IMG/VR virus record: IMGVR_UViG_3300025289_000026
Span: 14,503-78,502 of that record
Reading direction: 5' to 3' (one strand)
From: a virus
DNA: 64,000 nucleotides
Below are positions 56,201-63,568 of this stretch, piece by piece. Position numbers and translations under genes: made by a program. Below the pieces are notes generated by a model. That model worked only from the letters and a program-made list of their open reading frames with translations. It was not told where the DNA came from and did no database searches. Positions within the stretch are counted from its first letter, which is position 1; each line of letters begins with the position of its first letter.

Positions 56201-59097
56201 TTGTGCCTTTTAGTCTCGCGCACGTCACCACATCCTACGGTGAAAGCCGAAGAGCCTCGTTTTCTGCGAGTAGTGCTGGCAAAGTTCTCGCGGGATGGAT
56301 TGGAAAAGGTGCGGAGAACAAACACTTGCCTCCGTTCTTTTTGACATCTCCATTGGAATTTAGAAGGGGCTTGTTCGCGGGGTTGATGGATACCGACGGA
56401 TCGATTTCGGTTTCTACAGCTAAAAGCAAGCCTCAGTTGATGTCCAATTTTACGAGCATCAGTTTGCGCCTGGTTCGTGAGGTACTGTTATTAGCGGCGT
56501 CACTAGGAGTACGTGGACGTATCACGGCTTTTAAGTCGTCCTCTACAGGTAAGCCCTCATGGATAGTTAGCTTCTCAAACTACGATGTCAAGAGGTGGGG
56601 CGGCGCAGGTATGGCGTGCTCACATAAACTGGAGCTATTACGTTCAATCGAGATAGGGATTACCCCATCTCTCGTGCGCCACGATCTTGTTCCTATCTCT
56701 GTTTCCTTGGCCCAGCACATCTACAAAAGTATTCCTATGGAACGCAGCGCCCCGCAGGCTCGCAAGAATGCGTATTTCAACTTTAACAAGGCAGCGAAAG
56801 AAGGCTATGTAACACGAGATGCTGCTGAACGAGTCACATCTTACGTGTCAATAAATCAGATTGTGGCCCACCCCGATGGCGCTCTGTGGTGGAACATCGT
56901 CCAGCAGACGGATGTTACGTGGGACATGGTGGAATCCGTGGAGGTCACGGGTATTCGGGAGACGGGTTACGACCTCACGGTCCCGGGGCACGAGACCTTT
57001 ATGAACGTCGAGGGTGTCGTGCTGTCCAACACCGTATCGGTCTACGTCCCGGCCACCGAGGCGGCGAAGGAAGAGGCCAAGGGTCTCGTCCCGAGCCGGA
57101 ACCTCTTCGGCGTGAAGTCCGGATCCCTGATGCACAAGCCCCAGCATGAGCAGCAGTTGGGGCTTTACCTGTTGACCGAGGAGGGGAGGAACACAAACCA
57201 GGTGTTCCAAAGTTTCGACAAATTGATGGAAGCGTATGGCCGTCGACAGGTTCGCCTCCAGGACGTCGTGACCTTTGGGGGGCGCAAGACGACCTTAGGA
57301 CGCCTCCTGGTGGCCAACGCGATCCCCATGGGTCGTCTACATGACGACTGGTACCAGAAGATCGCGTACGACCGAAAATTCCGTCTGGACAAACATCAGG
57401 TCAACAGCCTGATGGTCCAGGTGGGCAAGACCCAGCCGGCCGATTTCCCCCAGTTCCTCACGACCATGCGGCAACTGGGGGACAAGGCTGCCTTTACCCT
57501 CGGGGCGTCGGTCAGCATGGCGGATCTCAAGCCGATGAAAGATTTGGCCAAGCATCTTCCCAACGCCACGGACTCGGTCCGCCGGATCGAACAGTACAGC
57601 ACGGCCCGTGATAAGGTCGAGCACGAGGCCAAGCGCCGGCTCTCGGCCCAGGACAACGGGTTGTACAAGACCGTTGTCTCGGGTGCCCGGGGGACATTCG
57701 ACCAGTTGAAGCAGATTGTCTTATCGCCTGGCATGATTTCAACGGAGGCGGGCCGCGTGGCCCCCAAGCCGATCAACCGGTCGTATGCCGAAGGCTTGAA
57801 ACTCGGGGACTACTGGACCACACTCCACGGGGCTCGGCTTGGCATGATCTCGAAGTCCCGCGGGACCGCGCTCCCGGGGTACCTGTCCCGCCAGATCATC
57901 AGCACGGTGGCAGATGCCCGGGTTACCACGGAAGATTGCCAGACGAGCCAGGGGATATACGAGGATGTGAAGAGTCGTGACATCATCGGGCGTTACCTGG
58001 CCAAGGCCCAGAAGATCGGGAACAAGTCAGTAGCTAAGGACACTCTTGTGGATGGCACGGTCGTGATGTCGGCCCGCAACGCAGGGGTATCGAAACTGTT
58101 GGTCAGGACTCCGTTGAAATGTGAAGCTCATGATGGCATCTGTGCCAAGTGTTTTGGCCGGTGGCACGACGGTAACGATCCGTCCGTCGGTACCAACATC
58201 GGGGTGATCAGTGGCCAGTCCCTTGGGGAACCCACGACCCAGTTGTCCATGAAGCTGTTTCATGAAGGCGGCGTGGCATCCAAGGCTTCGAAACTCGTGG
58301 ATCAGTTCGCCGTGGCCGAGACCCTGCTGAAAGCGCCGCTTCGTCTTAAGGACGAGGCCGTCCTGAGCCAGGTGACCGGTACCGTGACATCGATCAACAA
58401 GACCGCGACCGGATGGAAGGTCTTCGTTGGGACCAAGGAACAATTTGTCCCGGCGTCCAGGACCCTGGAGGTTAAGGTTGGGACCAAGGTTCAACAAGGG
58501 GACAAGATTTCGTCTGGTCAGGTGAATGTCCACCAGCTCGCCAGCCTCGCGGGCATTGGGGCCGCGCAGAACCACATGGTAGGGTCTCTCCACGAACTCT
58601 ACGGACCCCTTGGGGTTGACAAGCGCCACATCGAAACGGTGGTGCGCCACATGACTGACCTCGGGGTGGTGGATCAGGCCGACGGTGCCTCGGGGTTCGG
58701 GCGTGGTGATGTCGTCTCGATGGCCAAGATCGAGGCGTTCAACCGCCGCTACATGGCGCCCGACTGGGCCATTGGAAAAAAACTGGCGGAGAAGTACCTC
58801 AAGTATGGCCGTGGCACCGAGGTGACGGACCTGGTGGCCAAGGACCTCAAGGATCACAATATCAATAGGGTCAAGATTGAAGATGGCGGGGCTGTCAAGG
58901 CCAACCCAATGATCCGGGGGGTCAACACCATGCCCTTGATCCGGACGGATGATTGGGCAGCCAAGATGTCGTTCGAGCGACTCCGCGGCACCATGGAGAC
59001 CGGGGTCCTGACGGCCGCGAAGGCCGACATAGCGGGTCGGTGGCCCCTGCCGTCCATCGGGTTCGGCAAGATTCAAGATCCCAAAACAGCAGGGTAA
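50263..59097 (+). CDS. rpoBC: Single-chain fused beta-beta' DNA-directed RNA polymerase with two inteins
   Basis: Beta motifs GPGG, TPEG, FED, GDKLVGRHGNKG, KLTH; beta' motifs PVLPP..RP, RDPVLH, GADFDGD, SGARG, GYLSR, GEPTTQL..FH; one continuous frame. Confidence 0.96.
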   Translation: MAYFTTEESDGHAKDAVERAIKEVFTDITVGDKTLRLDGVQVDQRLDPQDYESQRQTKLKSGVWGMSVSGLFSLLDQNGKVKDTGRVKLMTLPQKTARHTFIFGGQEYQFDTQFRLKPGIYTRVTDAGEFASRISAEGKYYRNTEIFFDPQTKVYTLGVGTSHVPLATLLDLMGVSVQELELAVGKEVATANLGKAKPGDYSKLYKALFDLDPGPKPDYQVIVQALHDSKLDPDATEYTTGMRLSSVDKTAILTTMKKLFKLVRGETEEDDPNSLVTKSVHYYEDYLREWILKHGSEVRRKISNKLPHANKVEDTISTSILMPAIGKLFTATPLAQRREQHNVVDILSGTGKTTLRGPGGISDPNMIRDDMRTIHSSHMGFLDPIKTPEGSTIGTTLFLSSLARKRGNELVATFMDVKTGKEVDLTPKQVFDTVVAFPDEYDFEVKPPKAKSSKVMASHRGDVRDYPPSEVQYVPASQAGLFHHTTNLIPFLRSNNGVRAMTASRQIEQAISLTHREAPLVQLKYGRSDSTAEQGFGRYLGASLSLVDGEVSSVRQGKIIVKDKAGASSVVNTYRDFPLNNSKGYINSEALVSVGDKVKKGQVLADTNYTKNGTLALGTNLRVAYVPWKGLLFEDALAISESAATKLTSDHLHQFVVELGEKSISGRDKFRNYFPNNISHAQSQKLDSDGVITVGQEVSRGDYLYAGMFEKEVDPDSEAILRVGTRAFQSFGDSSIQWEKDYPGVVTAVEKFAKKYIVHVKTKEPAVEGDKLVGRHGNKGIISKIVPDAEMPHDLEGKPFEILMNPACYDDKTEVLTENGWLPFSQVSQGDVVASMHPNGELVYESVLAVHRSFYVGPMYRIKNKKLDLMVTPNHRMYTRKGDSNEKSPYEINEAKKIFGQRRYYLKNSEKWVGSSAEVVRFGEPEDRDGTGPKADPRKLEIAPSEFAEFLGVFIAEGWACRREGGIYDVGLSQSQRLNPDKCVEIERFLALLPWSFSRRERDNGQVEWTARNRELCLWLMEHVGTGAKNKRIPRQALAWPSATLELLLNGLMLGDGSTRNSPQTSHYDNRRYFTASKGLADDVQELALKLGVSAQITTQISCFRETVTDIFVVSFLKRSTPSVNWPGKKHAQVEKWVHYEGDVFCLTVPSGLLYVRRNGVPVWSGNSVVGRVNLGQVYETLVGKVAAKTGNPVVVDNFASEQDNHKYVADMLKKHGLQDREIVVDPVDGPTENPVLTGNQYIFKLTHQVDKKLSARGAVSKTTGERLQYTGDKIPSKGGSEGGQSIGILDTYALLANGATANLKEMFSYKGDAQNALFWSTLKNGGVLPAAEVPFTATKFLALLEAMGVHVKKDGNSLQLLPMTDRDIETMSAGELKNPGQALDAKLRPYQGGIFDSQRTGGLHGKKYTHMNLPFPVVNPVTRDGAVRLLAYHHPDHGGTLVDKILEGHLGLNKKGDIVPVVEATVVGGAAVQNLLARIDVDKSLKTVEQDLETAAPSNVNTINKTRKYLKALKELGYTADQAYCLTKFPVLPPLFRPIVVNKNGTISNEDINELYRKLGETIEAVNQGDKKLPPEMMAQRSAAIQDMVDAVAISGYSAHNRTMKGVMQLISGTSPKYGFYQKKVLKRRQDLSARSTIVPNPELDVDTIEVPDKALWELFGPFVTRSLVQSGYPVAKAAEHVKDKTEVAKTALLNELKDRPVLMKRDPVLHKFGIQAFHAKSSSGNTIRIPPSVTTGYGADFDGDQILDTVVVFATDSVLCQHILEQGAEDMTARLKTVLPTMDIHGMVFLLDLQDFPHGELIGAKQGEKGPIEFYAVPNGVYVLALDETVGALVWSPVTVWSKHLDREIEIITLASGRQIVSDDDPRAVYGMAAGTLLYGRFQPATAVESRVLVPRGQRLSIPEILHNAFTGAENSNRPRSHQVFPEVVLTEKLGYFLGAAAGDGWVSSIDQICLASIDDDVVLRFAEGLAEMMQTGLVPFSLAHVTTSYGESRRASFSASSAGKVLAGWIGKGAENKHLPPFFLTSPLEFRRGLFAGLMDTDGSISVSTAKSKPQLMSNFTSISLRLVREVLLLAASLGVRGRITAFKSSSTGKPSWIVSFSNYDVKRWGGAGMACSHKLELLRSIEIGITPSLVRHDLVPISVSLAQHIYKSIPMERSAPQARKNAYFNFNKAAKEGYVTRDAAERVTSYVSINQIVAHPDGALWWNIVQQTDVTWDMVESVEVTGIRETGYDLTVPGHETFMNVEGVVLSNTVSVYVPATEAAKEEAKGLVPSRNLFGVKSGSLMHKPQHEQQLGLYLLTEEGRNTNQVFQSFDKLMEAYGRRQVRLQDVVTFGGRKTTLGRLLVANAIPMGRLHDDWYQKIAYDRKFRLDKHQVNSLMVQVGKTQPADFPQFLTTMRQLGDKAAFTLGASVSMADLKPMKDLAKHLPNATDSVRRIEQYSTARDKVEHEAKRRLSAQDNGLYKTVVSGARGTFDQLKQIVLSPGMISTEAGRVAPKPINRSYAEGLKLGDYWTTLHGARLGMISKSRGTALPGYLSRQIISTVADARVTTEDCQTSQGIYEDVKSRDIIGRYLAKAQKIGNKSVAKDTLVDGTVVMSARNAGVSKLLVRTPLKCEAHDGICAKCFGRWHDGNDPSVGTNIGVISGQSLGEPTTQLSMKLFHEGGVASKASKLVDQFAVAETLLKAPLRLKDEAVLSQVTGTVTSINKTATGWKVFVGTKEQFVPASRTLEVKVGTKVQQGDKISSGQVNVHQLASLAGIGAAQNHMVGSLHELYGPLGVDKRHIETVVRHMTDLGVVDQADGASGFGRGDVVSMAKIEAFNRRYMAPDWAIGKKLAEKYLKYGRGTEVTDLVAKDLKDHNINRVKIEDGGAVKANPMIRGVNTMPLIRTDDWAAKMSFERLRGTMETGVLTAAKADIAGRWPLPSIGFGKIQDPKTAG
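52684..53763 (+). mobile_element. Intein 1 (360 aa, LAGLIDADG) in the beta part of RNAP
   Basis: LMNPA|CYDD...TPNH...LGVFIAEG...LNGLMLGDG...WSGN|SVVGR; lower GC than flanks. Confidence 0.92.
55501..57030 (+). mobile_element. Atypical intein 2 (510 aa, LAGLIDADG) immediately after the catalytic DFDGD
   Basis: GADFDGD|QILD...LGAAAGDG...FAGLMDTDG...YDLTV..VLSN|TVSVYVP. Confidence 0.88.
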
Positions 59098-60218
59098 TGG
59101 TGCTGAACCGCGATGATCAGCTCACGAGCCTGAAGTTACCAGACCCTGGGGGCGGGTGGGTACCGCCGGATCGGCCTGTCCTGATTGAAACGGCGGAAGT
59201 CGTGCGGGTGGATCCAGATCTGTGGACGTGTGATCTGGAATGCAAGTTCTCGGGCCGTAGACCGTCGAACATTGAGATCGGGGGCCTGGGGGTCAGTCGC
59301 AACGGCACCATGATGGGGTACATGCCCCAGGTGGGGGACAAGTGCATCGTGGCCCACCTGTCGGACGTCCGGAGCCCCGTGATCCTGATGTTCCTCCCGG
59401 TGGTGGCCCAGAGGGGCTACGCCCGGGGTCGCCGCAAGGCCATGCGGCCGGGTGACACCATGATGTCGTCGGAATCAGGGAACTACGTCCACGTGCATGC
59501 CGGTGGAATCGTCGACATCGCGGCCGACCCCGTGACCCGCCGGATCTTCATCCCCCTGCTCCACCAGATCAAGGACATCTGTGAAAACTATACCCTCGAG
59601 ACCGCCGGGGGCGAGTTCCGTTGGAAGAACCGTCGGGATGAGAAGGGGATCGACGGGACCCCGGTGGAGCTGGTCTACGAGGTCAAGGAATTCAGCAAGG
59701 GTGAGGTGGTCTTGGTGTTGAAGCAAGGGAACGTGACCGACGTGACCGACATGCCAGACCGTCCCGTGGACCACAGGGCTGTGCAAAAGGATGGCGAAGA
59801 AGTGTTTCGCTGCACTGTCGACCGGGCCGGTAACCTCAAGGTCACGGCCGCGAGCACGACGCTCGAATTCACTGATGATTTCGACATGACGGTCGAGGGT
59901 GAATTCAACATGTCGGCTACCGGGAAGGCGAAACTAAATGGAGACTCAGGCGTAGAATTGGCAAATGCCACGGAACCAGCGGTCTTGGGCACGACCCTCA
60001 AGACCCAGTTGGAGGCGTTCCTCACGGGTATGTCCGTCTTGATGGACAGCCTGGCGGCCACGGGGGCCGCCTTGGCTGTTGCGGCGCAAGGTCCTTTGGC
60101 AGCCCTACAACCTGGGTTCCAGCAGATTGCCCCTGCGGTCACGACTACCAAGGGGTCGATCGAGACGTTCAAGACTTCCCTGGCCCAGGCGTTGGCTCGT
60201 GACACCAAACTATCGTAG
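59097..60218 (+). CDS. Baseplate central spike-like protein (gpV/gp5 OB-fold plus beta-helix)
   Basis: TAATG overlap with the RNAP stop; YMPQVGD OB-fold motif, strand repeats, EPAVLG. Confidence 0.65.
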   Translation: MVLNRDDQLTSLKLPDPGGGWVPPDRPVLIETAEVVRVDPDLWTCDLECKFSGRRPSNIEIGGLGVSRNGTMMGYMPQVGDKCIVAHLSDVRSPVILMFLPVVAQRGYARGRRKAMRPGDTMMSSESGNYVHVHAGGIVDIAADPVTRRIFIPLLHQIKDICENYTLETAGGEFRWKNRRDEKGIDGTPVELVYEVKEFSKGEVVLVLKQGNVTDVTDMPDRPVDHRAVQKDGEEVFRCTVDRAGNLKVTAASTTLEFTDDFDMTVEGEFNMSATGKAKLNGDSGVELANATEPAVLGTTLKTQLEAFLTGMSVLMDSLAATGAALAVAAQGPLAALQPGFQQIAPAVTTTKGSIETFKTSLAQALARDTKLS

Positions 60219-60227
60219 ACTAGAGTC

Positions 60228-62252
60228 ATGGCGAACCTGTTCAAACCCAAGCCCCAGTTGACCGACACGTTCGAGAAGGCCGCGAGCCTCAGTATCCAGT
60301 TGGCCAACCCGCCGGAGGACTGGGAATCCGAGATCACGGACTACGCCTACCGGTTGCACCCCTGGCTCGTGGACTTTACCATCGCGATCGAGTTTCTCAA
60401 GAAGTTGCCGGATCGTCAGTATGGGATCGGGAGCATCTTGGTGTCGGCCAAGCAGCCAATTTCGCCCGAGCGTCAGCTCGGAAGCGCCTTCCAGCAAGGA
60501 CCACAAAGTCAAGGAGCTGAGCAGGAGGTAATGGCCAGTATCCCGTTGATCATTGCCGAGGGGACCCTCGCGCCGCTCGATATCTTCATCTCGGGATCAA
60601 CGGTCTGTGCCCTGGACGAAGACAATTTCAAACGCAAGGCTGGGGAACTCACCCAGATGGGCAAGTATACGGGCCGGATTTCGTCCGACCCCACGCTCAT
60701 TGGGTACCTATGGCCACCGTCCCGTACGTTCTTTTTTGGGTCCGGGGGCATGGACATGGGGTCCGCCATGATGGGGGGTGTCAAGCTGGCGGAAGACAGT
60801 CGTCTCGACGATGCCAAGTTTTTCTACAAGGCCCAGCGTCTTGGGGTTGAGGAACTTGAGATGTTGTCCGATTTCACAGGTGTGCCGTTTTCAGACCGGT
60901 TTTCCAAGGGGGCTGCTTATGTGAACCCCCAGAAGGTCAAGATCCTGCAGGAGAAGGTCGCCCAGGAGCCTGGGCTGGCCGATATCCTGGGGCCTTTGAT
61001 CGAGGCGTTGGCCGGGACGTCCTCAGGAGTCCCGCCGGTCCGGGGGCCAGTGGTCCAGGTGCTCCAAGGGGTTGATGGAGCCACCGTCCGGGCCACCGAC
61101 CCCACGGGGTTTAGCTTTACCCGCGGGGCTTCGATCGACATCCCCGGGGGCACGGACATTGGCAACGGGATGTTCTGCAGCCTCAAGCCCACGGCCACGA
61201 TTAAATCGTCGAACGCCACCACCGTGAAGTTCGAATACCCGGCGGTCTGCGCCGCGACCCTGCAGGACGGCCAGGATCAGAAAGTTGGGTTCTTGGTCTC
61301 CACGGTGGTGGACCTTGACGGTAACCCCACGGGCAAGAGTCTGTTTGTCGATGCCAAGCGTCAATCCTGGGCCATGGAGTCGACACTCTATTGCTCCGTG
61401 GGCCGGGAACTCCAGGACATGAAAGGTGGGGTGCCCCAGGGCACTGGTTTCTTCCTTGCGGAAGGTGAAAAAGGACTTGTCGCCATGGTCCCCATGACCG
61501 TCCGGTCTATTGCCAAGGCCAAGGAAGGGACATGCTACTTCTGCACAGTCCACGAGTCTGGAGTGGCGTCCCGCGGGTTCCCGATGGACACGAGCCTCAA
61601 GGTCTACGTGGCCCAGGGGCTCCGGAGTCCCATCTATAGCCCCGAGACCCAGGTCCTCACGGTTCCGGCATTTTTCAAGTGGGTTCCACTTGGGGATACA
61701 AGGTTTCGGCCGTTCGCCCCCCTGCGGGTGGACCCGACGGTCAAGGTCATGAAGCTGGCGAGTAACCTGTTTGCTCTCGAGGGCCAGGCGGTTTCCTCGA
61801 TCGTGACCGAACCATTGGATTCAGATGATACCGCGCTGGTCTTGCTGGCCACCGGGGTGCCGGCCAATCAGGTCGAGACCGTGTTGGACAAGGTGGCGGA
61901 CGAGGGGCTCGTGGAACTCACGGGGTGCCGTACCCTTGTCCCGAGGGGCAAGGTCTCGGTGGAGATCCCCTGGGTAGACATCGAATTCCTCAAGGCCGCG
62001 GCCATGCTGGACGATCCCAACAGTGTCGACGCTGTCCTGGGGCTTGGGCTCCTGGATACCGAGATCGAGAATGACTACAACTCGATGGCCCAGGACCTGG
62101 AGCGAGCGCAACAGAAGGTTGCACGGTTGCTACTCCTGAGCCGCCTGGGGATGCACGAGATCCCCGAGGGCCCGGCCAAGGTGGTGATGACCCGGATGCA
62201 ACCCATTATCGACTCCCTGCGGGCAATCTCGCTCCAGGGGCTTTATCGATGA
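60228..62252 (+). CDS. Hypothetical putative virion protein with K-x-A motifs
   Basis: 674-aa ORF with GC3-rich codons. Confidence 0.8.
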   Translation: MANLFKPKPQLTDTFEKAASLSIQLANPPEDWESEITDYAYRLHPWLVDFTIAIEFLKKLPDRQYGIGSILVSAKQPISPERQLGSAFQQGPQSQGAEQEVMASIPLIIAEGTLAPLDIFISGSTVCALDEDNFKRKAGELTQMGKYTGRISSDPTLIGYLWPPSRTFFFGSGGMDMGSAMMGGVKLAEDSRLDDAKFFYKAQRLGVEELEMLSDFTGVPFSDRFSKGAAYVNPQKVKILQEKVAQEPGLADILGPLIEALAGTSSGVPPVRGPVVQVLQGVDGATVRATDPTGFSFTRGASIDIPGGTDIGNGMFCSLKPTATIKSSNATTVKFEYPAVCAATLQDGQDQKVGFLVSTVVDLDGNPTGKSLFVDAKRQSWAMESTLYCSVGRELQDMKGGVPQGTGFFLAEGEKGLVAMVPMTVRSIAKAKEGTCYFCTVHESGVASRGFPMDTSLKVYVAQGLRSPIYSPETQVLTVPAFFKWVPLGDTRFRPFAPLRVDPTVKVMKLASNLFALEGQAVSSIVTEPLDSDDTALVLLATGVPANQVETVLDKVADEGLVELTGCRTLVPRGKVSVEIPWVDIEFLKAAAMLDDPNSVDAVLGLGLLDTEIENDYNSMAQDLERAQQKVARLLLLSRLGMHEIPEGPAKVVMTRMQPIIDSLRAISLQGLYR

Positions 62253-62258
62253 GCCGCC

Positions 62259-63026
62259 GTGGAGATCCCGGCGCGGGAATTCTACCGGTACCTCTTGCTC
62301 TGCGGGCATGATGCCAGTGGGATCACCAGGTCACTGGATGATCACCTCGTATTCCTGCCACCCAACACCGATCAATATTTCGACGAGCAGCGCGAGTGGG
62401 CCCTGGGGCTCCTGGGTCAAGGGCATCATCAAGTTACCCAGGCGATCCGTAAGGCCGGGTACTATGACATGTGGGCAGCACATCGGCGCCGGCGGGCAGG
62501 GGAATCGTGCCAGGTGGCCTACTCGCTGGTCAACAACCAGATGTTCCGTAACCCGATCGAAGCCTTGTTGCTCAACGGGTACACCGACGACGAGGTCGCG
62601 GGTGCGATCAACCGGTCCATCACCCATCCCCACGCGGTCAAGCTCCAGGACATCACGGCGTACCGTAGGTATTTTTTTAACCCCCGGATTCTCAAAGCCC
62701 GGGACATCTACTACCTCACGCTGAAGTGTGGGTGGCTCCGGTATTCCCTCCTGGGGCTCGAGCCCACGTTTTTGGAATTCGCCTTGAGGCTTCGGTATAG
62801 TACCGGCAGAACCATTCAGGAGACTGCCTACATCCGCGGGTTGCAAACTTGGCTCGTTACGCTAGAATCATTACCCATCCGGACGGATCGCGAGGGGATC
62901 AAATCTCTCTCGGGATTCCTCTCATCCGTCAAGACGTTTGACCATAGCGATCATTTCAAAAAACCTGAAGACACCTTGATCGTAAAGTTGATGACTGAAA
63001 ACGCAAGTCCCCTGGAGGTTCTGTGA
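62259..63026 (+). CDS. Hypothetical protein, possible DNA-binding or small terminase role
   Basis: 255 aa, HTH-like YTDDEVA..I segment; near the terminase. Confidence 0.6.
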   Translation: MEIPAREFYRYLLLCGHDASGITRSLDDHLVFLPPNTDQYFDEQREWALGLLGQGHHQVTQAIRKAGYYDMWAAHRRRRAGESCQVAYSLVNNQMFRNPIEALLLNGYTDDEVAGAINRSITHPHAVKLQDITAYRRYFFNPRILKARDIYYLTLKCGWLRYSLLGLEPTFLEFALRLRYSTGRTIQETAYIRGLQTWLVTLESLPIRTDREGIKSLSGFLSSVKTFDHSDHFKKPEDTLIVKLMTENASPLEVL

Positions 63027-63568
63027 CGCAACACCTGCAAGTTCAACGAAGCCTTGAGGTCGGGGGGATCCCCGTGTCCTCGATTGCCAACCAGGCGGCC
63101 AGCCTGGTGGGGTCATATTTCCATAAAGCTGGTCCCCACGTGGTCGTGGACTACAAGTACGATGCCCCGACGAACAAGTTTCAATTCCATATTTTTCCCA
63201 GGGTTCCGGACTACGAGACCTTCCTGCCCGACAACCAGACGTTTGCCAAGGCCATGGAGGGGGCGGTCATCGAGGTGTTGGGCAAGTCGGTCCAGGTGGA
63301 CGCTGAATTTCATGAGGAAGAGGGCGTGAGCCCCTCGGGCCACCGGCTTGACACAAGGGTCATGGCCTATTGGCGAGATCCCTCGGGCGCCATCCAGTAC
63401 TTCCGTGGATCCAACGGCAGGATGACGGATCGGAAACACAAAAACCCGGTTCCAATGGTGTGGTTCAGCGTGGGGACCGGGGCAATTTTGCTCGACCCCA
63501 ACCTGGTGCTCGAGCGCATCGCGGGAGCAATTGTTGCGCGAGCCGAGAAGTTGGCAGGAAAGCCCTAA
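63023..63568 (+). CDS. Hypothetical protein
   Basis: GGAGG SD; GTGA overlap. Confidence 0.7.
   Translation: MTQHLQVQRSLEVGGIPVSSIANQAASLVGSYFHKAGPHVVVDYKYDAPTNKFQFHIFPRVPDYETFLPDNQTFAKAMEGAVIEVLGKSVQVDAEFHEEEGVSPSGHRLDTRVMAYWRDPSGAIQYFRGSNGRMTDRKHKNPVPMVWFSVGTGAILLDPNLVLERIAGAIVARAEKLAGKP

Noticed and set aside
55501-57030. Group I intron or class 3 intein
   Set aside because: The insert is fully in frame with intein block F/G and a terminal Asn before Thr. Block F has Asp rather than the Cys that class 3 requires. An RNA-level element cannot be fully excluded without folding analysis.
50263-59097. Bacterial chromosomal rpoBC operon
   Set aside because: No ribosomal protein or nusG neighbours; flanked by phage morphogenesis genes; motifs are strongly diverged.
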